NCBI GenBank assembly: GCA_934778215.1
Contig: CAKVOE010000002.1
Coordinates: 383,069 to 447,068, forward strand
Direction: 5' to 3'
DNA: 64,000 nt
DNA from: an uncultured Clostridia bacterium
GTDB lineage: Bacteria; Bacillota; Clostridia; Christensenellales; UBA1242
Made by a program: the position numbers and the translations under genes. The notes under the pieces are model-generated. The model made no database searches. It had not been told where the DNA came from and saw nothing but the letters and a program-made list of their open reading frames with translations. Shown piece by piece: positions 30,877 to 40,116 of this stretch. Positions within the stretch are counted from its first letter, which is position 1; every line of letters begins with the position of its first letter.

Positions 30877-33354
30877 ATGATAAAAAGAAAATCAATTTTG
30901 ACATTTGTTTTGGCTTTTTGCTGTATCTTTTCTGCAATGTTTTTCTTGACTGCTTGCGGTGGGGATAAAGATAAAAAGATTGACAAAATTGAAACAGAAA
31001 GTGGAATTATTGCAAGTGGTGAGTTCAATAAGGGCGATACTCTTATTTGTAATTCAATTAGCCCACAAAGCGATGAAGGAAAAGCCGTAATTGAAAAAAT
31101 TAAGTATAAAGATTACGACAAAAAAAGTGATGTATATATTTATGATATACACATAAAAAATGGCGATGTTAAGGTTCAGCCAAATGGAAAAGTAAAAATT
31201 ACAATGCCAGCACCTACAATTAGTGCTTATGGTTTTACCGCATTCCATATTATGTCTAATGACAAGGTTGAAATGATGTCAACAATCTATAATGATGGAA
31301 AAATAACGTTTGAAACAATTAGTTTCTCATATTTTATCGTGGCAAAAAATGCACCGAGATATGATTTTACAGCAAAAGTTCAAGAAGAGGGTGGCAACAT
31401 TTGGTGGGGACACGACAACAAAGGCAAATTGTTTGAATACAAACTTAAAGAAGACGAAGATATTTTACTAGAAGCAAAAGCGGATACTGGTTATCAATTT
31501 GATGGCTGGTATAACGACAGTGGCGTTTTGATTTCTACAGAGAGTGAATGTAGTTTTAAAATGGGAACTAATGCAAAAACCGTTATTGCAAAATTTAAAG
31601 AATTACCTGTAGAATTAGTGTCTTTGCAGGTCAATGTTGAAAATTCTGGATTAAAAGCAAGCGGAAAAACGCTTAAACACAAAGGAGCAACAGAAGAGGA
31701 CCTTAATATTAATAATGTTGTTGTAAATGGACTGTTGTCTGACAATTCTAGCATTACAATGACAAAAGATACTGACTATACTGTTGACCTTGGTGGATTA
31801 GACTTAAATACTATTGGAACTTATACAATCACTTTTACAAGTGTTGCAAACACAAACATTAAACAAACTTTTGAAATAGAAGTGAAAGAATATGTGATTG
31901 AATATACATATCTTGAAAATGGTTATGGCGAATGCTTAAACAAAGAATATGACGGGGGTGCGTTGTTTGTAGCGAGCAATGCAATCATAATCAATGGAAA
32001 ATCGTTAAGAGAAATTAATGATGTTGTTGCATTGGGTAGTATGGCAGACCAAGACTTACTTGCAGTTTGCCAACCACTAAAAGATAAGGTTTCATATAAA
32101 TGGGTACAAAAAGGAACAAATACCGAAGTTCAACCTGCAAACGATGTCACAATGCCGGGCATATCTTATGCATATAACAGAAGAGCGGTTGGCGATGAAC
32201 TTGTGGGACCAGCAACAGTTGGAGAATATGAGTTTATATTTAGTTTTGAAATTGATGGCACACCAGTTGAACAATTTAGACGTGAAGGTAAAGTTACCGA
32301 AAGAAAATTTAAGAAAATTATGAGTGCAGACGAGTTTACAACTGATACAGGTGGCATTGGACTTTTTGCAAGTTTGCGTTATTACACAATCGTTGGCATA
32401 GTTGACGGTCAACCTTATGTTATGCAAATGCCAAAAGACATTTTGGAAACAACAGGTTTAGAAAATGTTGAAGCAACAGCAAGGCTTGCAACAAGCGATG
32501 GATTCGAAGGAATTTTGCTTGGAAATGGTTATGACACAGTATTTACAAAATATTACTATAATAGCTTCGTGAAGAGATATTATCCTAAAACCGGAAGTGA
32601 CCAAACACAACTGTGGGAATTTGGCACAGGACATTATGGCACAAGGCTTGAAAAATATTCTGCAAATTTTGCTTATGACCTTTTTGGAACAGGAACAATG
32701 AGATTGAGCGGAGATAAAATTGTGCGTTCGCTTGATGTAAATATTAGCGGAGATGAAGGTAAAGACACCGGGCTTATGTTTAGGTTTGCCGAAGATGGCG
32801 CTGTTACAATTTATTCCCCTTATTTAGATAATGAAAACTGTGCATTAAGACTTGTTAAAAATACAGACGGAACATTTGCATTCACAGGAAAAGACAAAAC
32901 AACAGACACAAGAGAAAGTTATAAAATTTATATTTACTCATACTATGTTCCAATCACAGAAAGATATGATTTTGTAGGCGATATATCGCAATGTCAAAAG
33001 GAATATGACGGAAACGCAATCACATTTAATGCATACAAAGATTTTAGAATTTTTAATGAAGAAATCAGTGACATTGGTGGATTATTAAAAAGTGGAATGC
33101 GTGGAAATAATGGTGGTCAATATAGGTTTGCTTATGCAAATAGTGATAACGGCAAAGGCGGTAAAGGCGGTAAAGATGAAGTGCTTGTCGAAATGACTGT
33201 GTCGCCAGATGGAACAATTACAGGACCTTCTGCTGTTGGAGATTATATGTTGTATTTTCAAAAACTTGTGACCGAAAAAGATGGTTCAACTTATTGGCAA
33301 ACAATGGGATATGGTCCACTTTGCACATTTACAATTTACACAATTTCCGCATAA
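30877..33354 (+). CDS. Large surface lipoprotein with Listeria-Bacteroides (Flg_new-type) repeat and Ig-like regions
   Basis: Signal peptide + lipobox FFLTAC; GYQFDGWYNDSGVLIS repeat signature; ATG 30877 after AAGGAG. Confidence 0.7.
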   Translation: MIKRKSILTFVLAFCCIFSAMFFLTACGGDKDKKIDKIETESGIIASGEFNKGDTLICNSISPQSDEGKAVIEKIKYKDYDKKSDVYIYDIHIKNGDVKVQPNGKVKITMPAPTISAYGFTAFHIMSNDKVEMMSTIYNDGKITFETISFSYFIVAKNAPRYDFTAKVQEEGGNIWWGHDNKGKLFEYKLKEDEDILLEAKADTGYQFDGWYNDSGVLISTESECSFKMGTNAKTVIAKFKELPVELVSLQVNVENSGLKASGKTLKHKGATEEDLNINNVVVNGLLSDNSSITMTKDTDYTVDLGGLDLNTIGTYTITFTSVANTNIKQTFEIEVKEYVIEYTYLENGYGECLNKEYDGGALFVASNAIIINGKSLREINDVVALGSMADQDLLAVCQPLKDKVSYKWVQKGTNTEVQPANDVTMPGISYAYNRRAVGDELVGPATVGEYEFIFSFEIDGTPVEQFRREGKVTERKFKKIMSADEFTTDTGGIGLFASLRYYTIVGIVDGQPYVMQMPKDILETTGLENVEATARLATSDGFEGILLGNGYDTVFTKYYYNSFVKRYYPKTGSDQTQLWEFGTGHYGTRLEKYSANFAYDLFGTGTMRLSGDKIVRSLDVNISGDEGKDTGLMFRFAEDGAVTIYSPYLDNENCALRLVKNTDGTFAFTGKDKTTDTRESYKIYIYSYYVPITERYDFVGDISQCQKEYDGNAITFNAYKDFRIFNEEISDIGGLLKSGMRGNNGGQYRFAYANSDNGKGGKGGKDEVLVEMTVSPDGTITGPSAVGDYMLYFQKLVTEKDGSTYWQTMGYGPLCTFTIYTISA

Positions 33355-33394
33355 TTACTTAATTTTAAAATAATTTTGCAATTAAAAAAATATA

Positions 33395-33428
33395 ACTGAG
33401 AGTTACAATTGGTGCTCTCAGTTTTTTT
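33395..33428 (+). terminator. Terminator after lipoprotein gene
   Basis: ACTGAGAG-N12-CTCTCAGT + TTTTTTT. Confidence 0.65.
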
Positions 33429-33563
33429 GTTAATACTTTTCCCTGAAAAGTAAAAGGTTTTTATACAAGAATGTAAATAATAGGGTAGAATACTAATATA
33501 AGTCGCAACCCCCCTAAATTTATTAATTAAAAGGTAAAAGGTTTAATTTATTATTTTTATTTT

Positions 33564-34013
33564 TTAAATCTTATTAAAATAAGCAATATTTAAAGTAAAC
33601 AAAGTTTTGGAAGTAATGCGATTATTTGAATTAAATTCATCTAATGACTGCCACTTAAACTCGTTATGTTCAGTTAATTTAATGTCATCATAGTTATTGA
33701 CTTTTACTACAAAGTTGTATTGTCGTGACTTTTTGCCCGAACCAGACAAATAATCAAAATAATTAATATAACTTACGATTTGGGTTACATCTAAGTTGCT
33801 TTCTTCTTTAACTTCTCTAATAAGTGCGTCAAATAGCCCCTCGCCTTTTTCCAATTTGCCACTTGGAATTTCGTCAATTCCTCCCATAAAATCATCAGCT
33901 TTTCTACCTAGAATTAAACATTTGTTTTCGTCATTAAAAATAACTCCTCCAACTACTAATTTTTCAATTCCGTCCTCTTTAGCTTTTTCTATTAAAACAT
34001 TTTCAAATTTCAT
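33564..34013 (-). CDS. NUDIX hydrolase
   Basis: Nudix box SGKLEKGEGLFDALIREVKEESNL; ATG 34013 after GGAG. Confidence 0.75.
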   Translation of the reverse strand: MKFENVLIEKAKEDGIEKLVVGGVIFNDENKCLILGRKADDFMGGIDEIPSGKLEKGEGLFDALIREVKEESNLDVTQIVSYINYFDYLSGSGKKSRQYNFVVKVNNYDDIKLTEHNEFKWQSLDEFNSNNRITSKTLFTLNIAYFNKI

Positions 34014-34281
34014 ATTTATTCTCCTATTAAATTTTGTAGTGGGGACAAAAATAGCAATTATAATTATATGCACTAGTTAACAGGTTTAAGTAAATTCAAG
34101 ACATCTACCCGTTTGGTCAAATTATATCACAAAAAAACTAAATAAAAAAATGATTTTTGATACAAAAGTGTGACACATAATATTGACATTAAAAAATCTT
34201 ATTATAGAATGCAATTAAAAGGTTGAAGAAAAGTAATATTCTTCAACCTTTTGCATTTTAAAGGGAGGTATGATATAATAA

Positions 34282-34596
34282 ATGGAGAAAGGTCCTAGTA
34301 CTTATGCTGAATACTGGACAAGTCCGTATAATGAAGCAAAGCATTTTAACGATCATGGCTGGCAAATGGGGTTTAAAGATGATTTCGTAGGATACTCTGA
34401 AGCTGCTAAAAACTTAGCAATAAGCGAAGCTGATGATGTGCTTGCATTTGTGAGAAAAGATGGTTGTGTGTGCAAGTTTAATACTACTTTAAGACATTTT
34501 ATAGTTATTAATAGAGGTGGTAAAATTATTTCGTTTTATAAGGCTGATATAAAGTATTTTTTAAGCGAATTTAATAAAAAGGGTTTATATAAATAA
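34282..34596 (+). CDS. Small stand-alone toxin-like protein (possibly BECR-fold RNase-like)
   Basis: AKHFNDHGWQMGF...YSEAAKNL...FVRKDG...KFN...FIVINRGGKIISFYK pattern recalls C-terminal nuclease domains of polymorphic toxins; assignment by eye only. Confidence 0.35.
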   Translation: MEKGPSTYAEYWTSPYNEAKHFNDHGWQMGFKDDFVGYSEAAKNLAISEADDVLAFVRKDGCVCKFNTTLRHFIVINRGGKIISFYKADIKYFLSEFNKKGLYK

Positions 34597-34612
34597 AAAG
34601 GAGAATTTTAAA

Positions 34613-34918
34613 ATGAGAAAATGCAGAATTTGTGGATTAGGTAATATTGAATATGACAATGATACTTGTAAAGTATGCGGATGGGAAGCAGATACAATAC
34701 AAGAGGAAAATCCAAATTATGTTGGTGGAGCTAATAATATGACTTACAATCAACAAATGAAGTTTTGGATAGAAAATAAGAATGAAATAACAAAAAGTAA
34801 AGATGATTTCTTTGTCGTCAAACTTTCATTAGAGTATTATAAGAAAAATTTTCAATGTATAAATGAAGAAATTTTAAGAAAAGAAGAAGCTGGACAAATA
34901 GTTCAAGAAATAAAATAG
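34613..34918 (+). CDS. Cysteine-rich CPCC-family protein
   Basis: CRICG...CKVCGWEADTIQEENPNYVGGANNMTYNQ matches the CPCC consensus (C.CC...C.vCgWeDD..Q...P...gGaN). Confidence 0.65.
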   Translation: MRKCRICGLGNIEYDNDTCKVCGWEADTIQEENPNYVGGANNMTYNQQMKFWIENKNEITKSKDDFFVVKLSLEYYKKNFQCINEEILRKEEAGQIVQEIK

Positions 34919-34939
34919 CTAAAGAAGGAAAAAAAGGAA

Positions 34940-35623
34940 GTGTTTATACAAAAAATAGATAAAAATAATAATTATAAATTGCATTACACATGCAAACTGT
35001 GTGGAGCAAAATATGCATATGAAACAGATAAGTGTTTTGTTTGTGGTTGGTTGTTTGATAAGGCTCAAAATGAAAATCCAAATTTAGACATAGGGAAAAA
35101 TATTTTAAGTCTTATTAAATATAAATGTGTATTCTACCTTAACGAAGATAAACTGCTAGGAATGGATCAAGAATATTTACAAGGAGTAGTCAGAGTTTTA
35201 TATGATAAAAATCCGAAATATTACGACAAATATGATATTAGAGAAATAGATAAAATGATTTTATTAAAACACAAGCCTTGCGAAAATCCACCTTATAAGT
35301 GTAAAATGTGTGGATTAGGAGATATTAAACATTGCTTCTATATTTGCGAATATTGTGGATGGGAAGATGATTCCTTACAAAATGATGAGCCAGATTATTT
35401 CGGTGGAGCAAATGAAATGAGTTTAAATCAATACAGGGAGTTTTGGAATAATAATAAAGAAAAAATATTAAAATCTAAAAATAGATGTTTTAAAGCAATA
35501 GACTTGTCTAGAAAATATTACGAAAAACACTTTAAAGAAATCAACGAATCTATATTAGAACAAGAAGAAAGTGAAAGACAAAAATTATATGAATTGGCAA
35601 AAGAATATAAAAAAGAAAACTAA
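34940..35623 (+). CDS. Protein with two CPCC-like zinc-ribbon modules
   Basis: CKLCG...CFVCGWLFDKAQNENP and CKMCG...CEYCGWEDDSLQNDEPDYFGGANEMSLNQ; GTG start uncertain. Confidence 0.6.
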   Translation: MFIQKIDKNNNYKLHYTCKLCGAKYAYETDKCFVCGWLFDKAQNENPNLDIGKNILSLIKYKCVFYLNEDKLLGMDQEYLQGVVRVLYDKNPKYYDKYDIREIDKMILLKHKPCENPPYKCKMCGLGDIKHCFYICEYCGWEDDSLQNDEPDYFGGANEMSLNQYREFWNNNKEKILKSKNRCFKAIDLSRKYYEKHFKEINESILEQEESERQKLYELAKEYKKEN

Positions 35624-35688
35624 TTAAATTAAGAAAAATAAAAGAAGTCATATGATATGGCTTCTTTTGATTTATACAAGGAGATTTT

Positions 35689-36420
35689 ATGAAAGAAAAA
35701 TATGAAGTTGATAACAATTTAATACAAGATAAAACTGTATATGAAAAAGAAAAGTTAGCGAAAAAACTTAAACTAGTTAGAAATGAATTTAAAACAGTTG
35801 GTAAATATGGTATGCCACTAATTAAAAAACAAGAAATTGATTTAGAGAAAATCGATTTATGGAATTACACAAAGACAAAATTAAACGATGTAGATAATAA
35901 AGATAAAACGATTCACTTTTTTACTTATGATTGGAATTTTGAAAGTGTATATGAAAAGCCAGAAGAAGCGCTTGAAAAGCTAGATCAATATTATGCTATT
36001 CTTACACCTGAATTTAGTACTTATAAAGATATGCCTCTTGCTAGACAAATAGATAGCGTGTTCAAAAACCGTTGGTGTGGAGCCTTTTGGCAAAAACAAG
36101 GCGTGTTAGTAATTCCAACAGTTTCTTGGGGGTCTATTCCTTGTATGGAGTTTTGCTTTGATGGGATTGAAAAAGGTTCAGTTGTAGCAGTTTCAACTTA
36201 TACAAGAGAAGATAATAAAGCGGGTTTTATGCTTGGATATAACAAAATGATTGAAATAATTGAGCCGTCAGCGGTAATTTGCTATGGAACACCTTTTGAA
36301 GAAATGAAGGGGAACATAAAAGCAATAGACCCTTTTAACAAGGAAGAACTCATTAAAAAAATGGGTTTTGCTGAATTCACTAGAAAATATTTAGCTGGTG
36401 AATTATATCCAGAGGTATAG
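35689..36420 (+). CDS. DUF4417-like protein
   Basis: IHFFTYDWNFESVYEKPE...LTPEFSTYKDMPLARQIDSVFKNRWCGAFWQKQGVLVIPTVSW resembles the DUF4417 core. Confidence 0.55.
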   Translation: MKEKYEVDNNLIQDKTVYEKEKLAKKLKLVRNEFKTVGKYGMPLIKKQEIDLEKIDLWNYTKTKLNDVDNKDKTIHFFTYDWNFESVYEKPEEALEKLDQYYAILTPEFSTYKDMPLARQIDSVFKNRWCGAFWQKQGVLVIPTVSWGSIPCMEFCFDGIEKGSVVAVSTYTREDNKAGFMLGYNKMIEIIEPSAVICYGTPFEEMKGNIKAIDPFNKEELIKKMGFAEFTRKYLAGELYPEV

Positions 36421-36430
36421 GAGGCATAAA

Positions 36431-37255
36431 GTGAAAAATTTTAAACTGACTATAGACTTGTTGCCGAAAGGCGCTTGGGGTAATGATTTTAGCAAAACCT
36501 TACCTAAAAAGGAGTGGGATATTGTTAGAAATTCTTGTTACGAAAGAGCCAACAATAAATGCGAAATTTGTGGGTTTGAAACAGATGAACTTGATGCTCA
36601 CGAAGTTTGGGATTTTGATATTGAAACAAAAACTCAAACACTTAAAGACATAATTGCTATTTGTAGCAAATGTCATGGGGTTAAACATATTAGAAATTCG
36701 CAAAGGCTAGGCTTTGAAGAAAATGCAAAGAGTCACTTTATGAAAGTAAATAATTGTAGCGAAATGGAATTTGCCGCTCATTTAGTGAAAGCACAAATGG
36801 ATTTTGAAGAAAGAAATAACGTTTATAGGTGGAAAAGAAAGGCAGATTTAAGAAAATTTGGTCTTGAAAACGCCACAATTAAAGAGAAAAATATCCCTTA
36901 CATACAAAATCCTTATGAGCATGTTGATTGGAATGACTATGATTTCATAAAAAATAATCATAATATGCTATTTTATGTAGAAAAGAATGATAATTATTGT
37001 TTGGAACCTAAAATCCTAAGTATTGATATTAACAATTATCAAGGAACGATAAAAATAGTAAGCGATAATGCTAACAAAATTGAATGGTATTTGGATAATA
37101 ATAAGATAAAAACTAAGTATAACACAGTTGGGGAGTTTTCAACCATGGTGAATGTTCAAAATCTTGAAGGAAAGGAATTAGCCTTTGCTTTGTTTGGAGA
37201 AGGGGGTAAAACGCTTTCTAAAACATTTGAACTTTTGCCACAGGAGGTGCTATAA
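36431..37255 (+). CDS. HNH-like zinc-finger nuclease-domain protein
   Basis: CEICGFETDELDAHEVWDFD...ICSKCHGVKH; GTG 36431 lies 6 nt after AGGAGG; stop overlaps next start (TAATG). Confidence 0.5.
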   Translation: MKNFKLTIDLLPKGAWGNDFSKTLPKKEWDIVRNSCYERANNKCEICGFETDELDAHEVWDFDIETKTQTLKDIIAICSKCHGVKHIRNSQRLGFEENAKSHFMKVNNCSEMEFAAHLVKAQMDFEERNNVYRWKRKADLRKFGLENATIKEKNIPYIQNPYEHVDWNDYDFIKNNHNMLFYVEKNDNYCLEPKILSIDINNYQGTIKIVSDNANKIEWYLDNNKIKTKYNTVGEFSTMVNVQNLEGKELAFALFGEGGKTLSKTFELLPQEVL

Positions 37256-37530
37256 TGGGAATGTGTAAACCAAGTGGAGGAATAAGCAAATCTGTGGGTA
37301 GTCTTGGTAGTTTACCACGCAGAGCGACTCCCAACACAAGAATAGATCTATATAATGAAAATGGGAATTTAATTCAACAAAGATGGTATGGTCCAGATGG
37401 TTGGGTAATTCATAATAGAGATTATAATCATGGATTCCCTCGACCACATGACCATTATTGGGTTTGGGATAATAAAAATGGACCTCAAAGAGGTAAAGAA
37501 CACTCAAACCCTGATGATATTTTTTGTTAA
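37255..37530 (+). CDS. Small His/Trp-rich protein, family A (91 aa)
   Basis: NTRIDLYNENGNLIQQRWYGPDGWVIHNRDYNHGFPRPHDHYWVW; paralogue at 38762..39055. Confidence 0.6.
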   Translation: MGMCKPSGGISKSVGSLGSLPRRATPNTRIDLYNENGNLIQQRWYGPDGWVIHNRDYNHGFPRPHDHYWVWDNKNGPQRGKEHSNPDDIFC

Positions 37531-37541
37531 AAGGAGAAAAT

Positions 37542-37982
37542 ATGCACAAAATTAAAAAGTGGGCAAAATGTGATGTTTGTGGCAGAACTTTACTTGCCAG
37601 CAAAACTGGAAACGGAGAGTGTCAATATTGTGGTTGGTATAACAATAGACTCGGAGAAATAAACGAAAACGAAGTAATTTTCCCTAATTTAATATCATTA
37701 AATAAGGCAAAAAGATTATATCAAGAAGGAAAGTCTTTTAGACCAGACTTAAATGATTTTCTTGACGGATTATATTTTTATAGCGAAATGGAGTTTTGGT
37801 ATAAGGGATTAAATTGTTGCTTGTATCTAAGAAGCAACACGAATAGAAAAATCGAATTTGGTTGGAGTCCAGAAAATGTGTATTTCTTTTTAGATAAAGA
37901 AGATTTCATTCAAAATGCAAAAATTGGTGATGAATTTATAAAAGATATTTGGAATAAAGTTGAAAATCCAAAGTATTTATAG
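37542..37982 (+). CDS. Zinc-ribbon (CPCC-related) protein, family B
   Basis: CDVCG...GNGECQYCGW + C-terminal LNDFLDGLYFYSEMEFWY domain; paralogues at 38036 and 39068. Confidence 0.6.
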   Translation: MHKIKKWAKCDVCGRTLLASKTGNGECQYCGWYNNRLGEINENEVIFPNLISLNKAKRLYQEGKSFRPDLNDFLDGLYFYSEMEFWYKGLNCCLYLRSNTNRKIEFGWSPENVYFFLDKEDFIQNAKIGDEFIKDIWNKVENPKYL

Positions 37983-38035
37983 TTTTATTTAATATTCGCT
38001 ATTAATACAAATTAAACGGATAAAATAGGAGTAAA

Positions 38036-38485
38036 ATGAAAGAAAAAAATATACAAGCAAAATGTGATGTTTGTGAAAATGATATTTTAGTTGATGAATA
38101 TGGCAATGGAGATAATTGCCCTATTTGTGGTTGGCGACAATCAGAAGAGTCATTTTATCATAAAGATGTGGCTGGGATAAGAAATATTCCATGTCTTAAC
38201 AATGCGGTTAAACAATATAAAGAAGGCAAGTCTGCTATTTTAGCAAACTTTAGTGACTTTGTTATGGCGTATAAAAATTATGGCGAAGTAGAATTTACCT
38301 TAAATAATACAAGATACGGGGTGTATTTTGATGATAAATATAAAAAAGTTGCCATGGAAAATTTAAGAGATAATGTAACACAATATTTTGAAAGTATTGA
38401 AGATTTTGCAGATAATGCTAAGATTAACGGAGTCAATTTAAAATTTTTATGGCAATTCGTAACAGATACTGATTTTTTACAGTAA
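38036..38485 (+). CDS. Zinc-ribbon (CPCC-related) protein, family B paralogue
   Basis: CDVCE...GNGDNCPICGW + FSDFVMAYKNYGEVEF. Confidence 0.6.
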   Translation: MKEKNIQAKCDVCENDILVDEYGNGDNCPICGWRQSEESFYHKDVAGIRNIPCLNNAVKQYKEGKSAILANFSDFVMAYKNYGEVEFTLNNTRYGVYFDDKYKKVAMENLRDNVTQYFESIEDFADNAKINGVNLKFLWQFVTDTDFLQ

Positions 38486-38581
38486 AGGTTAAATATAGAC
38501 ATTTTAGTTACATTAACAATATTGAGTTTACAAAGTAAACTTTTATGTGTCTAAATGTACCTATGTGTCAGTTTTAGGTGC

Positions 38582-38715
38582 ATTTAGAAAGAATTAGACC
38601 GATAGTTGAGTTTATGACTATCGGTCTTTTTTATGGAACGAATTTTGACAGAAATTGCGTTGTTAAGTGACGACAAAGAATCTTCAAACTTTTGTATTAA
38701 AAGGGGATAAAATGA
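38582..38715 (+). repeat. Cassette-boundary repeat R1 (terminator hairpin + promoter-like leader)
   Basis: AGACCGATAGTTGAGTTTATGACTATCGGTCT hairpin and TTGACAGAAATTGCGTTGTTAAGTGACG...CTTCAAACTTTTGTATTAAAA; copy at 39733..39905. Confidence 0.8.
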
Positions 38716-38761
38716 AAAATGTTAACAAAAAAACGTACAAAACAAAGACGGAGGTGTTATA

Positions 38762-39055
38762 ATGGGAGCAGGAGGAGTTACAAATCGAACAGTAGAACGA
38801 GTAAATGGAAAACGAGGTGATTTGCCAACGAGTGGAGCGAAGCCAAATTCTAGATATGATTTGTATGTAAATGGTGAAAAAGTTCAAAGCAGGTGGTTTG
38901 ATTCAAAAGGTAAAGTTATAAGAAATAGAGATTTTAATCATCAGGACGCTCACAATAATCATGAATTTCCACATGACCATAATTGGAGTTGGGGTAAAGG
39001 ATGTCCTGAGAGAAATCCTGAGAATTTAGAACCCGACTATGATATGTATTATTAA
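38762..39055 (+). CDS. Small His/Trp-rich protein, family A paralogue (97 aa)
   Basis: NSRYDLYVNGEKVQSRWFDSKGKVIRNRDFNHQ...FPHDHNWSW. Preceded by a 16-codon leader ORF (38712..38762) overlapping its ATG. Confidence 0.6.
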   Translation: MGAGGVTNRTVERVNGKRGDLPTSGAKPNSRYDLYVNGEKVQSRWFDSKGKVIRNRDFNHQDAHNNHEFPHDHNWSWGKGCPERNPENLEPDYDMYY

Positions 39056-39067
39056 AAGGAGATAAAG

Positions 39068-39697
39068 ATGACAAAAAAATTAACTGATTATGAAATTGAT
39101 AAACAGATAAAAAAGCAATTATTAGTTAGAAATGAATTTCTATACCATGGCAATTCTATGGGGAAATATAATTTTCCTGTGATAAGAAAACAAAATAGAA
39201 ATGTTTCAGGATTAAATACTAAGGATTTTAAATTTTTTGATTATGATGACCCTTATATAAAAGACCAAATGACAAAATGCTCAATTTGTGGTTCAGTCGC
39301 ATTGCAAGACCAATATGGAAATGGAGAATGTAAACATTGTGGTTGGAAATTTAGTAAAGATGAGGAAATGTTTGAACAAAAATTGGGTATAAGTTATCCA
39401 ATGTTAGTTACTCCAACAACTGCAAGAGAACAATATAAAAAGGGGTTACCTTTTAAAGCAACATTTAAAGAATTTGTAAATGGCTTATATTTTTACAGCG
39501 AAATGCTTTTTGAGTATGATAAAACAACCTATGAAGTTTTTTTAAAAAAAGATTATACCATAGTGTTTTGCTCAAAAGAAATACAACAAGAATATAAAAC
39601 AAGACAAGATTTTGAAAACAATGCTAATATAAATGGAGTTTTGTTAAAAGAATTATGGAATAAAATTGATAAGCCGTCATTTATGTTTTGTGGATAA
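39068..39697 (+). CDS. Zinc-ribbon family B paralogue with N-terminal extension
   Basis: CSICG...GNGECKHCGW + FKEFVNGLYFYSEMLFEY. N-terminus KKQLLVRNEF..GKYNFPVIRKQ resembles the DUF4417 protein N-terminus KKLKLVRNEF..GKYGMPLIKKQ. Confidence 0.6.
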   Translation: MTKKLTDYEIDKQIKKQLLVRNEFLYHGNSMGKYNFPVIRKQNRNVSGLNTKDFKFFDYDDPYIKDQMTKCSICGSVALQDQYGNGECKHCGWKFSKDEEMFEQKLGISYPMLVTPTTAREQYKKGLPFKATFKEFVNGLYFYSEMLFEYDKTTYEVFLKKDYTIVFCSKEIQQEYKTRQDFENNANINGVLLKELWNKIDKPSFMFCG

Positions 39698-39732
39698 AAT
39701 GATTTGACAGCAACCCTCAGCAAACGTACCAG

Positions 39733-39905
39733 ATTTAGAAAGTTTACGAAAGAATTAGACCGATAGTTGAGTTTATGACTGTCGGTCTTTTTAGGCACGC
39801 AAGAAGATTTTTAATCTTCTATTGGAGCGGATTTAGACGGCAATTACGTTGTTAAATGACGATAAAAAATCTTCAAACTTTTGTATTAAAATAGGGGAAA
39901 TGATA
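39733..39905 (+). repeat. Cassette-boundary repeat R2 (copy of R1 with ~35-nt insertion)
   Basis: Same hairpin and leader as 38582..38715, followed only by a 16-codon ORF. Confidence 0.8.
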
Positions 39906-40116
39906 TAATATGGGCGTATTTGATGATTTAATTAAATTGATATTGGCAGATTCAAAATAATATGAAATATTTAGATCTAGTAGAATTAGTAAAAAACCAG
40001 TCTACAAAAAGTTGTGGGAATGCTAAAACACAAACCATTTAGAAAAGATCTTAAGATGTAAATTTATTTGTACAAAATTATTAAAAGTATGTTATACTCT
40101 AATTAGAGGATAAATT

